Origin: a virus
Taxonomy: Duplodnaviria > Caudoviricetes
Virus record (IMG/VR): IMGVR_UViG_3300030389_001655
Location: 1 to 54,759 of that record
Length of the DNA stretch: 54,759 nucleotides
Strand: one strand, 5' to 3'
In this document: in pieces, positions 28,414-36,642 of the stretch
Layout: the number at the start of each line of letters is the position of its first letter
How positions within the stretch are numbered: the first letter of the stretch is position 1
Notes under the pieces: model-generated
What the model saw: the letters and a program-made list of their open reading frames with translations, nothing else
Databases searched by the model: none
What the model was told of the DNA's origin: nothing
Position numbers and translations under genes: made by a program

Positions 28414-28806
28414 ATGAGTTATGAAAAAATAAAAGAAGCAGTTATCAAGCAATTAAAGTGCGATGATGTGCAGCAAACTTTCAAAGATGTTGTTAAAGGT
28501 GGAGCCTCTGGAGGTTTTGGTGGTTTCATTTACCATAACGAAACTGTTAAATTTGCGAAAGACAACATCAAACATATCTACAAATATTTAAAGGAGCAAG
28601 CCAGCGACATGGGCGTTAACGCTTTTGAGATGGTGCAAGGCTTTAATTGTTTGTACGATATCCAGCCCACTTTGTCAGAGGTAGCTGACACGATACATGG
28701 GTATCCTGACCAAGCAACAATAAATGATGGGGTTGATACTCAGATATTAAATGCGTTGGCTTGGTATGCTTTGGAAGAAGTCGCCTTCAACGAGACAGAA
28801 ACCTGA
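28414..28806 (+). CDS. Conserved phage early protein of unknown function
   Basis: G.SGGFGGFIY..ET..F and NALAWYALEEVA motifs; own promoter and terminator. Confidence 0.75.
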   Translation: MSYEKIKEAVIKQLKCDDVQQTFKDVVKGGASGGFGGFIYHNETVKFAKDNIKHIYKYLKEQASDMGVNAFEMVQGFNCLYDIQPTLSEVADTIHGYPDQATINDGVDTQILNALAWYALEEVAFNETET

Positions 28807-28828
28807 TCGGGCTAAATTGTTCGGGAAG

Positions 28829-28865
28829 AATCGGGAACGGGGTTCACCTGCTCCCGATTTTTTTT
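28829..28865 (+). terminator. Intrinsic terminator
   Basis: AATCGGGA...TCCCGATT stem followed by a T-run. Confidence 0.7.
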
Positions 28866-29014
28866 GTGCTGGTTCTGGGTCTAACTTCATCAGGTTAAGG
28901 TCCAGCTACCTGCCTGGGAAGGAATACGCACAATTGTTCGTACTCACGGCTGGACGCAGGTCATGCCTGGAAAGAGCTGTGCCTGCTGAAATTGTTCGGA
29001 GTTGTGCCTGGAAT

Positions 29015-29090
29015 AAAAAAAGAGTCGAGAAATATTTGGAAAGGAAAATTCTCGACTCTTCTAAATGTAACGCTCACACATAATGAGCAT
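29015..29090 (-). ncRNA. Candidate trans-acting antisense sRNA-1 (~76 nt)
   Basis: Minus promoter, 5' hairpin ATGCTCA/TGAGCGT, 12-bp terminator stem with U-tract; loop complementary to 30664-30677. Confidence 0.65.
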
Positions 29091-29095
29091 TTATT

Positions 29096-29124
29096 AATAT
29101 AGTATTGATTACCAGATATGTCAA
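29096..29124 (-). promoter_or_regulatory. Minus-strand sigma70-type promoter with operator
   Basis: Reverse complement reads TTGACA-tatctgGTAATCAATAC-TATATT (17-bp spacer). Confidence 0.75.
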
Positions 29125-29147
29125 TAGAAAAAAAATAAAAAAAGTTG

Positions 29148-29200
29148 TTGACATTATATATAGTAATGATTACTATGTATATATAAACAGCCAAAGGAGA
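29148..29200 (+). promoter_or_regulatory. Cassette promoter, operator and shared leader
   Basis: TTGACA-N17-TACTAT; ATAGTAAT-G-ATTACTAT perfect inverted repeat 29160-29176; CAGCCAAAGGAGA at 29188. Confidence 0.75.
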
Positions 29201-29205
29201 AAAAA

Positions 29206-29382
29206 ATGAGAAAAACAATTACAGGTTACAATATAATTATACGTTGGAGTGATGGCACTAAGGAAGATCTTGATGCACATGGTCAGATTCCTTACTTCAA
29301 AAATGTAGATCACTACCTTGATACAATAGAGGAAGAAATTAATCAAAACGAAGATGAAATAGAGGAGGCGGTAAATGACTAA
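29206..29382 (+). CDS. Small acidic protein (58 aa, not in ORF track)
   Basis: AAGGAG RBS; MRKTITGYNIIIRWSDG...EEAVND. Confidence 0.7.
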   Translation: MRKTITGYNIIIRWSDGTKEDLDAHGQIPYFKNVDHYLDTIEEEINQNEDEIEEAVND

Positions 29383-29464
29383 GTGGGAAGTTGCATTGAC
29401 AATCGTGCAAATGGTTACCTTCTGGGTAATGGTTTGTGCAGTCGTAATAATCGTACCATTTTAA
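29375..29464 (+). CDS. 29-aa hydrophobic membrane peptide (not in ORF track)
   Basis: GAGGAGG RBS; MTKWEVALTIVQMVTFWVMVCAVVIIVPF; followed by a terminator. Confidence 0.6.
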   Translation: MTKWEVALTIVQMVTFWVMVCAVVIIVPF

Positions 29465-29477
29465 GAAGGGAGGAGCT

Positions 29478-29508
29478 GAAGCTGGGTTTGTAGCCCAGCT
29501 TCTTTTTT
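29478..29508 (+). terminator. Intrinsic terminator
   Basis: GAAGCTGGG/CCCAGCTTC stem plus T6. Confidence 0.8.
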
Positions 29509-29553
29509 ATCCTGTAACCGAACAATTGTTCGTATTTAAAGAAGGAGGAATAA

Positions 29554-29787
29554 ATGGCAAAGTGTGAAATATGTGATGATTTTAATGAAGATCATATAGA
29601 CAACGAAGGTGACGACTCATTATATGAGAGCGAACAATATAAGCCTAATTTATATTTTTACTGGCATGGAGACATAGAGGAGGATTATGATATGGGAGAA
29701 TATGAGTGTATATGTGTTAGTTGCTTTAATGGTTTAGATCTGCAGGGAGAAATAAAATGGAAAAAAGTTAAAAAAGATATTGACTAA
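29554..29787 (+). CDS. Small acidic protein with CxxC pairs
   Basis: AAGGAGG RBS; CEIC...CVSC; Asp/Glu-rich. Confidence 0.65.
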   Translation: MAKCEICDDFNEDHIDNEGDDSLYESEQYKPNLYFYWHGDIEEDYDMGEYECICVSCFNGLDLQGEIKWKKVKKDID

Positions 29788-29839
29788 TGTAGTAATCAAT
29801 ACTATATATATACTATAAATTAATTTCAGCCAAAGGAGA
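29780..29839 (+). promoter_or_regulatory. Cassette promoter, operator and shared leader
   Basis: TTGACT-N17-TATATA; TAGTAATCAATACTA; CAGCCAAAGGAGA at 29827. Confidence 0.7.
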
Positions 29840-29844
29840 AAAAA

Positions 29845-30348
29845 ATGCAGAAAAAAATTTATTTTGCTTACGGAGCAAACACTAACAAAGATGCGATGGC
29901 GATTAGATGTCCCAAAGCTAAAGTTATAGGTGGCGGTCATATTTACGGCTACAGGTTAAAGTTTAACAATGTAGCAGATATTGTTCCTGTCAAAGGATTC
30001 GACCAATATGCACCTTGTGTTATATGGGAAATCACAGAGTCTTGCGAAAAATCCTTGGATCGATTCGAGAGTTATCCGTCATTGTATGACAAGATTGAGG
30101 TAACTGGTTACGAGGGAACGCAAGGAGAAAGTATAACTGGCTTTGCGTATGTCATGAACTACAAAGGTTTTCATACACCAAGTCCAATTTATGTCAGAGG
30201 CATTAGGAATGGATTGAAGGGAGTATGGGATAAGTTTTATCATGCAGATATTGATAACCATATTGACAAAGCAATTATAGAAAGTTTTCGTGAAAGCGAG
30301 AAGCCAATGGTTCATCATCAAAGAATCGGTGGGAAGCAGTGGGCGTAA
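29845..30348 (+). CDS. Gamma-glutamylcyclotransferase (GGCT/AIG2-like)
   Basis: YFAYGAN.N...M..RCP.A, VADI, LDRFE.YP.LY motifs. Confidence 0.85.
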   Translation: MQKKIYFAYGANTNKDAMAIRCPKAKVIGGGHIYGYRLKFNNVADIVPVKGFDQYAPCVIWEITESCEKSLDRFESYPSLYDKIEVTGYEGTQGESITGFAYVMNYKGFHTPSPIYVRGIRNGLKGVWDKFYHADIDNHIDKAIIESFRESEKPMVHHQRIGGKQWA

Positions 30349-30363
30349 AACTTTCCTGAGGCG

Positions 30364-30396
30364 AAAGCCCAGACCTTCACGGGTCTGGGTTTTTTT
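30364..30396 (+). terminator. Intrinsic terminator
   Basis: CCCAGACC/GGTCTGGG stem plus T-run. Confidence 0.8.
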
Positions 30397-30612
30397 CTTG
30401 CTGGAGAGCGAACAATTGTTCGTACTGGATCGGGCAGGCAGCAGATCGGGCTGATCGGGGATCGGGCTTCGCAGCCATCTGGCTCATGAAGCATCAACCT
30501 TCCAGTGGTTTTATAGGGTTATAAATAAAAAAAAAAATAAAAAAAAATTTTTTTTAAGTTATTGATTTTATTGGATTTTTTTCTTCAGCTCTAAATTGTT
30601 CGCATTTAGGTA

Positions 30613-30640
30613 TTGTAATGATTGCTATATAGTATATATT
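30613..30640 (+). promoter_or_regulatory. Probable amidoligase promoter with operator
   Basis: TTGTAA-N16-TATATT; GTAATGATTGC overlaps the -35; IHF-like TAAGTTATTGATT at ~30556. Confidence 0.5.
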
Positions 30641-30681
30641 AAATATTGTATTTAATTTTTAATTTTGGAAAGGAAAAAAAA

Positions 30682-31878
30682 ATGCAAAATAAATTTAAAA
30701 ACATAAACAATCAATCAAGATTTGCCTTTGGATTTGAACCAGAGTTTATGAACTCTCAAAATTCAGATTATGATTTAAATCAATTGAATAGAACTAGTTC
30801 AAATCCTATTGGTGGTTTAACAATCAAGACAGATGGTAGCCAAGCAGATTATGAAATGGATTTGCCAGTGTTAGCAGATTGTCAATTGGCTTGGGATTAT
30901 TTAGAACAAGCTTGTAATTTTGTTAGTTCAAATGGTGGATACGTAAACAAAGCTTGTTCTGCTCATGTTCATTTATCCACGTTACCAATTAGATCAGATC
31001 TTACAAATGAAGAGTTTACTATAAAATCAATTCAAATGAAAAGACATTCAAATAATTATTTATCTGATCCAAATAACTTAGAACAATTGTTTGATGTTAA
31101 CTGTCAATTACCATTAGAACTTTATAAAGACATTGGATATAGAGTATCTAAACATATTGATTTTTATAAAAGTACAATTGCAAGATCTAGGCATGATTGT
31201 TATTATGCCAAGTTCCCTAAATCATGTGATCAAATACTTAGAGCAAATCCAACCATTGAAAGCTTGAAGGATGTTTTAAACTCTATTGCTCCACGTGGAA
31301 TATATAAATATACAGCTCTAAATATTAATCATTACAATGTTAAAAAGACATTTGAAAATAGATCACATGGTGGAACATTAGAGATGAACAAGCTTAAAAC
31401 ATGGTTCAAGTTTTTATCTAATATGTTAGATCATAGCCTACAAACTCGATTTAAGCCTTGTACAGTGGCAGAACAATTAAATAGCCCATCATACATAGGA
31501 AGATCTGCTAACACTGTTAAAAGTCAATTATGGGCTTTTTGTAGAGGTCAAGTAAGATCTACACAAGAGATTATGGCTCATTGTAATATTAACAATGCAC
31601 AATCTGTTAGAAGAACAATTTCAGAGATTAGAGCAAATGAAAATTATAGACCATTTGTAGTTACACATAATCAGCAAGAGTTTAATGTTAATTATGGTCA
31701 ATCAGATAATTACAGTAACAATGGTTATGAAATATTAATTCAATCAAATGTAAACAGAAATACAAATGATCTTGAATTTATTTCAGATGATAATGAACGT
31801 GGTTCAAGTTCATTAATTGCTGGATTGGATAGCCAAACGCTAGCAGATCTAAATGAAAGGATTAGACAATTATCATAA
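30682..31878 (+). CDS. Putative amidoligase (COOH-NH2 ligase, Amidoligase_2-like) with C-terminal HTH-like extension
   Basis: FGFEPEF, DGS, E...P.L, VN..C..HVH, KY.ALN, T.E.R...GT motifs; ATG at 30682 after GGAAAGGA. Confidence 0.75.
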   Translation: MQNKFKNINNQSRFAFGFEPEFMNSQNSDYDLNQLNRTSSNPIGGLTIKTDGSQADYEMDLPVLADCQLAWDYLEQACNFVSSNGGYVNKACSAHVHLSTLPIRSDLTNEEFTIKSIQMKRHSNNYLSDPNNLEQLFDVNCQLPLELYKDIGYRVSKHIDFYKSTIARSRHDCYYAKFPKSCDQILRANPTIESLKDVLNSIAPRGIYKYTALNINHYNVKKTFENRSHGGTLEMNKLKTWFKFLSNMLDHSLQTRFKPCTVAEQLNSPSYIGRSANTVKSQLWAFCRGQVRSTQEIMAHCNINNAQSVRRTISEIRANENYRPFVVTHNQQEFNVNYGQSDNYSNNGYEILIQSNVNRNTNDLEFISDDNERGSSSLIAGLDSQTLADLNERIRQLS

Positions 31879-31932
31879 TTGTCTAATCGAATTTTAAAGA
31901 ATAACCTGCTTAATATAGCAGGTTATTTTTTT
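31860..31932 (+). terminator. Tandem hairpins; the second is an intrinsic terminator
   Basis: GATTAGACAATTA/TAATTGTCTAATC over the stop codon; AATAACCTGCT/AGCAGGTTATT plus T-run. Confidence 0.75.
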
Positions 31933-32092
31933 GTCTAAGTTATTGTTTTTATTGAATAAATCGGGGATGGTATACCATAGTCACCACCAAAAATTACATT
32001 TTTTGTCACAAAACTTTCTACACCAAGTTTACCTCAAACGACCCCCATCTGTTTGAAAAACGACCACCAAAAAAATTTTTCACAAAAAAATC

Positions 32093-32121
32093 TTGCACTT
32101 TTGTGCAATCAATACTATATA
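32093..32121 (+). promoter_or_regulatory. Sigma70-type promoter with operator variant
   Basis: TTGCAC-N17-TATATA; GCAATCAATAC in the spacer. Confidence 0.55.
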
Positions 32122-32141
32122 TAGTATGAAATGAGGTACAA

Positions 32142-32402
32142 ATGGCAACATATAGATTCAAGCTCCCTCGTACAAGGGAGTTCAATGTCAGAAGTGACAA
32201 TCATTTAATGCAAGAGATAGCGACTTCGTTGTGGTGTAAGGGCATGGAGATGTCTTCTCTCCTTAAAAACGTAGCCAATGCCTGCTGCGACTGGAATGGC
32301 AAGGCATATCGTTACGGCACGAAGGAAGAATTAATTGCAGACATGAAAAAAAATAATATTTTAATAAACATTGACGAAAGGAAAGCCAATGAAGCGAACT
32401 GA
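32142..32402 (+). CDS. Hypothetical protein
   Basis: GAGG RBS, downstream of a promoter. Confidence 0.65.
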   Translation: MATYRFKLPRTREFNVRSDNHLMQEIATSLWCKGMEMSSLLKNVANACCDWNGKAYRYGTKEELIADMKKNNILINIDERKANEAN

Positions 32403-32790
32403 TTACGGGTATGCAGACCTGACAAGCAATGAGATTTACAAGTTTCGTAAAACTCTAGGCATGAGTCAGGCAAAATTATCCAAAAAACTAGGACTAAGCC
32501 TAAGAACTTGGTGTCATTACGAGTATGGAACGCAAAGAATGCCAGTTTCTGTGCACATGGCACTCCAATTTTTACAAAATGGGGGTGAAGAAGTAGAAAA
32601 AGCACATGAAAATATAAAAAAACATCAAGAACCACTGACAAAATACGACATGGACAGGATTACGAGGCTAAGACAGTCGATAAAAGACACTTTAACGTCA
32701 ATTAAGGACAGTTTAGACCCTATGTCAGCTAAAATCATCACACAAAGCGATAAAGAGATGGGCTTTCTGTTGTCAAAAATAAATAATTGA
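32389..32790 (+). CDS. XRE/Cro-family HTH transcriptional regulator
   Basis: FRKTLGMSQAKLSKKLGLSLRTWCHYEYG. Confidence 0.8.
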   Translation: MKRTDYGYADLTSNEIYKFRKTLGMSQAKLSKKLGLSLRTWCHYEYGTQRMPVSVHMALQFLQNGGEEVEKAHENIKKHQEPLTKYDMDRITRLRQSIKDTLTSIKDSLDPMSAKIITQSDKEMGFLLSKINN

Positions 32791-32798
32791 TATAATAT
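32770..32798 (+). promoter_or_regulatory. Possible promoter of the packaging/structural operon
   Basis: Extended -10 TGaTATAAT 32788-32796 with upstream TTGTCA. Confidence 0.4.
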
Positions 32799-32831
32799 CT
32801 CTACAAGAACAAGTTTTTTGTGGAGAGATAC

Positions 32832-34904
32832 ATGGCAAACGGACCTCTTGGGGGATTTATGCCTACCCCACCATCACCAGGTCAACCACCACAGGTGAAA
32901 TTAGAGACATCTGCTGAAAGTAGGGGTGCTTTCAATAAATTTTTAGGTACTTTGCCGAGAAATGGAGCCGTGGCTCCGATTCAGACAGGGGTTGTTCCAT
33001 CCTCCACAGCTCCTGTCTCTCCAGTGACAAGTAACGTCAATATATTCCAACCACAAATGTCACAAATGGCTCCTATGGCTCCAATGCCTATGATGCCACC
33101 AGCACAACCAGTTGCGATGATGAGAGAGGGTGGAGACCCAATGGATGCTTCTTTTAGTGATTTTTCTGGTTTTGATGACCCCTCTGACCCATTTGGAGGT
33201 GGTGACAGTTTTAATGATTCAAGCGACACAAGTGATCCGTTCATTGGGGAAAGTGTAAGTTTATCTCCAGCCGAAATAGCTGGTGGCACATTAAGCACAC
33301 CAGACACTTCTCTGTTTTCTGACGATCCTGCTACAGGAGCAAATATAGGTCTTGAAAAATCAGGTGGCTTTACAACAGGCGTTGCACCTGGCTCTGGTCT
33401 TTCTGGAGGAAACAGATTTGCAACATTTTTTAATCTTCCGTTTGCACTAAGAGGTGTAGGAAGAGACTTTCAAACAAAATTGAATAGAGATCCAAACTTA
33501 ACAGTAGGTGAGTATTTTGATACATACAATCCTGGTGGTAATGCAGATAGATTGCTTGAATTTGCACAAAATACGGGAAAGTTGAGAGATGATAAACTTG
33601 ATATTGGTGATATGCCCAATATTATGAAAACACAAGCTAAGTTTGAAATAGGTTCTCCAGAGTCAAGAAACATTCCAACAGAGTTATTAAACAGAGCTGT
33701 GCAATCTGTTAATGTAAATGATCCAAAAGAAGTAAGTAATATTTTATTTGACTTTGATCCAAATCCTTTAGCTTTAACTTTAGACGATTTAAATGCACCA
33801 AAAATAGGTGTTCCTCCAATTGGAGAGCAAAGACCAGAATCAAGAGGTAACATTCCATCGTTGAATCCATTTGGAAGGGCTCGACCTGATTTGGTAACAG
33901 ACAGAGAAGATGATGTATTGTCTGAAATAGCAGAAAGAAACGAAGATAGAGCAAGATCTATAGCTGACAGAGGGTTTCCAGTAAGTGTAGATGAAATTAC
34001 AGGTAGACCAAGTATAGCACCAACTGTCGATAATTTACTAAGGTTAGGTCAAGAAGCTCAACAAAGAAGAAATTTAGAAAAAGCAACCAGACCAGATCAA
34101 GCATTAGAAACTTTAGAAGGAAGAAGAGATAGATTGCCAGATCAAGTTTTTGATATTGAAACAATTACTCCAGAAGATGACAGGTTAACAACAGTATCTC
34201 CTGATGTTTTAGCAAGGATTGGTCGTGAACAGAGAATAGATGATGCAAACACATTTAGACAAACTGTTCCCGATGCTGCCAAAATATTTGGTGGCAGACA
34301 AATCACGACAACTCCAAGAGGAATAGATCAAGAGTTATCACCAATAGTAGCTGCAGGCATAGGAGCACCAGAGGAATTTAAACAGCCTTTTCCTGATGCA
34401 GGAATAAAAGTTGGCAACTTTACCATTCCAACACTAACATCTGGGTTAAATTTAATATCTGATTTCTCAAGACAAAGAGTATTTGATGCTGTTCTTAATA
34501 AAGGAGCAACACCCGTCTATGATGGTAATACTCTAGTTGGAGCTAAGATAAATGGAGTTCTTGTTGAGGGCATGGATCCAAATGCACCTATGGACTCTGG
34601 TGATAATCAAGACCCTGTTACAAAGTTTTTGAAAAAAGCTACTGAAGACAAAAAAAAAGAAGACAAAGATGATCAGCCGCCGAATCAAATAGGTGATGTT
34701 GTAATAAGAGATCCAGAACCACCAAAACCGACAGTCGTTAAATCTACAGCTCCTGCATCAACAGCAAGCTTTACACCTGTAGGTTTTAATGTGGGTAACT
34801 TAAATGATTTGATTGCAAGAATAACAGGTGTGCCTACTCCAAGAAGAATGCAAGAAGGTGGCACAGTAGCAGCAGTGGATAGATTTTTATCTAAGGTAGC
34901 ATGA
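32832..34904 (+). CDS. Large low-complexity protein upstream of terL (probable internal virion protein)
   Basis: GGAG RBS; Pro-rich and acidic; MMREGG and MQEGG motifs; coupled to terL. Confidence 0.6.
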   Translation: MANGPLGGFMPTPPSPGQPPQVKLETSAESRGAFNKFLGTLPRNGAVAPIQTGVVPSSTAPVSPVTSNVNIFQPQMSQMAPMAPMPMMPPAQPVAMMREGGDPMDASFSDFSGFDDPSDPFGGGDSFNDSSDTSDPFIGESVSLSPAEIAGGTLSTPDTSLFSDDPATGANIGLEKSGGFTTGVAPGSGLSGGNRFATFFNLPFALRGVGRDFQTKLNRDPNLTVGEYFDTYNPGGNADRLLEFAQNTGKLRDDKLDIGDMPNIMKTQAKFEIGSPESRNIPTELLNRAVQSVNVNDPKEVSNILFDFDPNPLALTLDDLNAPKIGVPPIGEQRPESRGNIPSLNPFGRARPDLVTDREDDVLSEIAERNEDRARSIADRGFPVSVDEITGRPSIAPTVDNLLRLGQEAQQRRNLEKATRPDQALETLEGRRDRLPDQVFDIETITPEDDRLTTVSPDVLARIGREQRIDDANTFRQTVPDAAKIFGGRQITTTPRGIDQELSPIVAAGIGAPEEFKQPFPDAGIKVGNFTIPTLTSGLNLISDFSRQRVFDAVLNKGATPVYDGNTLVGAKINGVLVEGMDPNAPMDSGDNQDPVTKFLKKATEDKKKEDKDDQPPNQIGDVVIRDPEPPKPTVVKSTAPASTASFTPVGFNVGNLNDLIARITGVPTPRRMQEGGTVAAVDRFLSKVA

Positions 34905-36373
34905 ACAACTTACAATATGCTGAGTATTTAAGTGATGATGAGTTACAAAAAGTAGCACCATTACTAAAAAGACTTAAAAAGTTAGAGGACAGATCAGAGT
35001 CTCAAGAAGATTATTTACGTTTTGTAAAAAAGATATGGTCTGGCTTTATCGAGGGCAGACATCATAAGATCTATGGTGAGAAACTGCAAGCTGTAGCTGA
35101 TGGCAAGATCAAGCGTTTAATTGTTAATATGCCACCAAGACACACCAAGTCTGAGTTTGCAAGTTACTTATTCCCTGCATGGCTGATGGGCAAAAGACCA
35201 GATTTAAAGATTATTCAAGCAACACATACGGCTGAACTTGCCGTTGGCTTTGGTCGTAAAGTAAAGAATCTGATTGATAGTGAAGATTTTAGAGATATCT
35301 TTCCTGATGTTAAGCTTGCCTCAGATGCAAAAGCTGCAGGAAGATGGTCAACAAATAGTGGAGGAGAGTATTATGCCGTTGGTGTTGGAGGTGCTTTGGC
35401 TGGACGAGGTGCTGATTTGCTCATTATTGACGATCCTGTTTCTGAACAAGATGCTTTAAGTCCAACTGCTTTAGATGGTATTTATGATTGGTATACTTCA
35501 GGTCCTAGACAAAGATTACAACCTGGTGGATCGATTATCATTGTCATGACACGTTGGGGTATCAAGGATTTAACTGCACGAGTATTGCAAAAACAAGCAG
35601 AAGGTGGTGCTGACAGATGGGAAGTCGTAGAGTTTCCTGCAATATTTCCTGACACAGGTAATGTGTTATGGGAGGAATATTGGTCGAAAGAAGAATTAGA
35701 AGCTGTTAAATCTTCGATACCTGTGTCAAAATGGAACTCACAATATATGCAAAACCCTACTGCTGAAGAGGGTGCAATTATAAAAAGGGAATGGTGGAAT
35801 GTTTGGGATCGTTCTGAGCCACCTGTGTGCTCATACATCATACAATCATACGACACGGCTTTCACGAAGACTGAGCGTTCTGATTATAGTGCTATTACTA
35901 CTTGGGGTATTTTTACACCTGTTGAGGGTGAAGGAGATGCCATCATCTTGCTTGACGCAGAAAAAGGTCGTTGGGATTTTCCAGAACTCAAACTTAAAGC
36001 ACAAGAACTGTGCGAAGCATATGATCCTGACATGATATTGATAGAGCAAAAAGCAAGTGGTACACCACTGACACAAGAGCTAAGACGTATGGGTATACCT
36101 GTAACTCCGTTCACACCAAGCAAAGGTGCTGATAAGTTTGCAAGAATGAATGCTTGTGCACCTGTGTTTGAAAGTGGTATGGTATGGAGACCCGATGCTA
36201 ATTTTGCAGAAGAGGTTGTTGAAGAATGTGCTAGTTTTCCACATGGTGATTTTGATGACTTGGCAGATTCGATGACACAAGCTATACTAAGATTCAGACA
36301 GGGTGGTTTTATCACTACACCTGATGACGAAGATGACGAACCAATTTATAGAAGAAAGATGGAGTATTACTAA
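34901..36373 (+). CDS. terL: Terminase large subunit
   Basis: NMPPRHTKS (Walker A variant), LLIIDDP, MTRW, YMQNP, SYDTAF, DDLADSMTQA nuclease motifs. Confidence 0.95.
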   Translation: MNNLQYAEYLSDDELQKVAPLLKRLKKLEDRSESQEDYLRFVKKIWSGFIEGRHHKIYGEKLQAVADGKIKRLIVNMPPRHTKSEFASYLFPAWLMGKRPDLKIIQATHTAELAVGFGRKVKNLIDSEDFRDIFPDVKLASDAKAAGRWSTNSGGEYYAVGVGGALAGRGADLLIIDDPVSEQDALSPTALDGIYDWYTSGPRQRLQPGGSIIIVMTRWGIKDLTARVLQKQAEGGADRWEVVEFPAIFPDTGNVLWEEYWSKEELEAVKSSIPVSKWNSQYMQNPTAEEGAIIKREWWNVWDRSEPPVCSYIIQSYDTAFTKTERSDYSAITTWGIFTPVEGEGDAIILLDAEKGRWDFPELKLKAQELCEAYDPDMILIEQKASGTPLTQELRRMGIPVTPFTPSKGADKFARMNACAPVFESGMVWRPDANFAEEVVEECASFPHGDFDDLADSMTQAILRFRQGGFITTPDDEDDEPIYRRKMEYY

Positions 36374-36642
36374 TGGCAGATTTTGAAAAAAATATTAAAA
36401 AAGCTTTGGCAGGCATAAAGCCAGAAAATTTTAAACCAAAATCACTTTCTAAAAAAGAAAAAGATTTGATGAGGAAAATCCAAGAAATAGGAGAAGGTGT
36501 TCTAAAAAAAGAAATGGGTGGCGAAGTCATGGACATGACAAAATCACAACCTGTCGGCATGATGGATGGTGGTAAAGTTAAAAAGATGAACATGGGTGGC
36601 GTTGTGCCAGGTCGTGGTGGTAAGTTTAAGGGTATGAAGTAA
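36373..36642 (+). CDS. Small basic protein with M-x-x-GG repeats
   Basis: KEMGG, MMDGG, MNMGG. Confidence 0.6.
   Translation: MADFEKNIKKALAGIKPENFKPKSLSKKEKDLMRKIQEIGEGVLKKEMGGEVMDMTKSQPVGMMDGGKVKKMNMGGVVPGRGGKFKGMK

Noticed and set aside
27668-29218. ORF-track entries 27668-28102(-), 28018-28278(-), 28751-29083(+) and 28961-29218(-)
   Set aside because: No RBS, repeat-derived or low-complexity translations, and they cross promoters and terminators; likely by-products of high GC
29519-29532. Calling CGAACAATTGTTCG a functional SOS box
   Set aside because: It matches the Gram-positive LexA consensus, but copies sit by terminators and in CDSs rather than over promoters and most are half-sites; kept only as one hypothesis
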